Below are positions 62,572 through 64,000 of a stretch of DNA of 64,000 nucleotides, piece after piece; the first letter of the stretch is position 1; each line of letters starts with the position of its first letter. The position numbers were made by a program, and so were the translations under genes. Source of the DNA: Leucoraja erinacea (lineage: Eukaryota); the NCBI RefSeq assembly GCF_028641065.1, contig NC_073389.1, positions 20,150,001 to 20,214,000 on the forward strand. The letters are read 5' to 3'. The notes beneath the pieces are model-generated. The model did not search any database and was not told the origin of the DNA. It was given only the letters and a program-made list of their open reading frames with translations.

Positions 62572-64000
62572 CAGGTGCACAACATTTTATCCGAAAGTCT
62601 TGGGACCAGACACTTTTCGTAATTCAGAATTTTTCGGCTTTCGGAATGGAAGATTTTTAGCGTAGATTTTAATGGCTGGTTCAGTGGTAGAGTGCTCGGC
62701 TCATATCCGCAAGATCGCGAGTTTGCGCCTAGATCCTGGCAGTTACTCGATCGCGAGTTTGAGTCTTCAATGTAGTTTTTTCTTGCAGAATAGGAGAGAA
62801 TAGGGAGGGTTAGGCTGGGATCATTCTCTGCGAGATGATCTTAGTGCGGGAGACAAGTGTAGGAGAGGTGTACTGACTGTGTGGGCAGAACTTTGGAAGT
62901 GATTGCCCACCATTCTCAAAAGCTGCTGTGTCTCCCTGTCCCTCCAACTCCAGAGGAATCCGCTCCCCGAAGGGCCGCTATGGCGACAAGTGGCAGTTCG
63001 CCCACAGCCCGAGCTGCGCCACCCCAAGAACAAGACTACCTTGCACACCATCAGCTTCTGCCCCTACGGGGAGCGTGTTCCTCTGGACTTGGAGCGGGGC
63101 TGGGCTGGATGTGCTGATCTGGGATCTCCATGCTTGCAGTGGGCCTGGGGGTCAGTGACCCGAGGAGGGGGCGCAGCTCGGGCTGTGGGCGAACTGCCAC
63201 TTGTCGCCATAGCGGCCCATCGGGGAGCGGCTTCTGGTGGTCCTGACGTCTCTCAGCTCCGGTCTAGGGGGGTGGCCGGAGACGTCAGGACCAACAGGAA
63301 CCCGTTCCCCGATGGGCCGCTACAGCGACAAGTGGCAGTTCGCCCACAGCCCGAGCTGCGCCCCCTCATCCACAACCCGGGTTCCTCTGGAGTTGGAGCG
63401 GGGCTGGGCTAGAGTTGCTGCTGGCTGTGAGTCTCTGGGATCTCCGTGCTTGCAGTCGGTGTCCCGTTGGTCCTGACGTCTCCGGCCACCCCCCTGGAAT
63501 GGAGCTGAGACTGGGAACTGTACCGCCCTTGCCCCCTCCCTCTGCAACTGCAAACAACCCAAGACCAAGACGTACCTTACACACCATCAGCTTCTGTCCC
63601 TACGGGGAGCATGTTCCTCTGTAGTTGGAACGGGGCTGGGCTGCTGCTGGCTGTGGGTCTCTGGGATCTCCGTGCTTGCAGTGGGCCTGGGGGTCGGTGT
63701 CCCATTGGTCCTAACATCTCCGGTGACTAGCACTGACCTGCTGGCATCGCCGACGTGAAGATAGTGCAAAGCCCCCGCGCCGGTGCAATGGGCGGGGAGC
63801 TGGAGAGGGGAGGGAAGGGGTCACACACATGGCCGGGAAGCAGAGGGGTGTAGGTGGGGTGAAACTGAAGGGAGCGACAATCTGCTGCTGCCTGCCCGCT
63901 GAGTTAAAAAGTTCCCATGCAAGACTCACGATACACTGTGTATCGTGAGTCTACCGTGGGAACTTTTTAACTCAGCTGGCAGGCAGCAGCAGATTGCCAA
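62572..64000 (+). mobile_element. pogo/Tigger-like non-autonomous DNA element running off the window end
   Basis: TA followed by CAGGTGCACAAC.TTTTATCCG end with ttcgga subterminal repeats; GC-rich interior of direct and inverted repeats; right TIR not visible. Confidence 0.6.
63878..63996. repeat. ~119-bp near-perfect palindrome
   Basis: caatctgctgctgcctgcc...gatacac T gtgtatc...ggcaggcagcagcagattg, centre 63937. Confidence 0.95.

Overview
This is eukaryotic, repeat-dense, non-coding DNA, intergenic or deep intronic. The repeat content (V-SINE/HE1-type tRNA SINEs with CR1/HER1-type tails, CR1, Rex1/Babar, L2 and Penelope fragments) points to an elasmobranch, probably a skate or ray (inference). 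I recognise no host protein-coding gene, rRNA, functional tRNA or CRISPR array. Almost all listed ORFs are chance frames through repeats; the only real protein remnants come from retroelements (a Rex1/Babar RT, Penelope RT-thumb/GIY-YIG, CR1, L2 and a HERO-like C-terminus). The interesting signal is structured RNA inside non-autonomous mobile elements. (1) A 133-bp element with a target-site duplication has a 5' part that folds into a complete HDV-like ribozyme double pseudoknot. (2) Roughly two dozen minimal hammerhead-ribozyme motifs sit in Penelope terminal repeats. (3) A family of GC-rich SINE-like elements without tRNA heads shares a covarying hairpin but carries different LINE 3' tails. 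(4) A pogo-like DNA element carries a tRNA(CAT)-like segment and nested palindromes. There is also a Harbinger-type MITE family and several nested insertions. Family names come from recognition by eye, not database searches, and coordinates of degenerate repeats are approximate.
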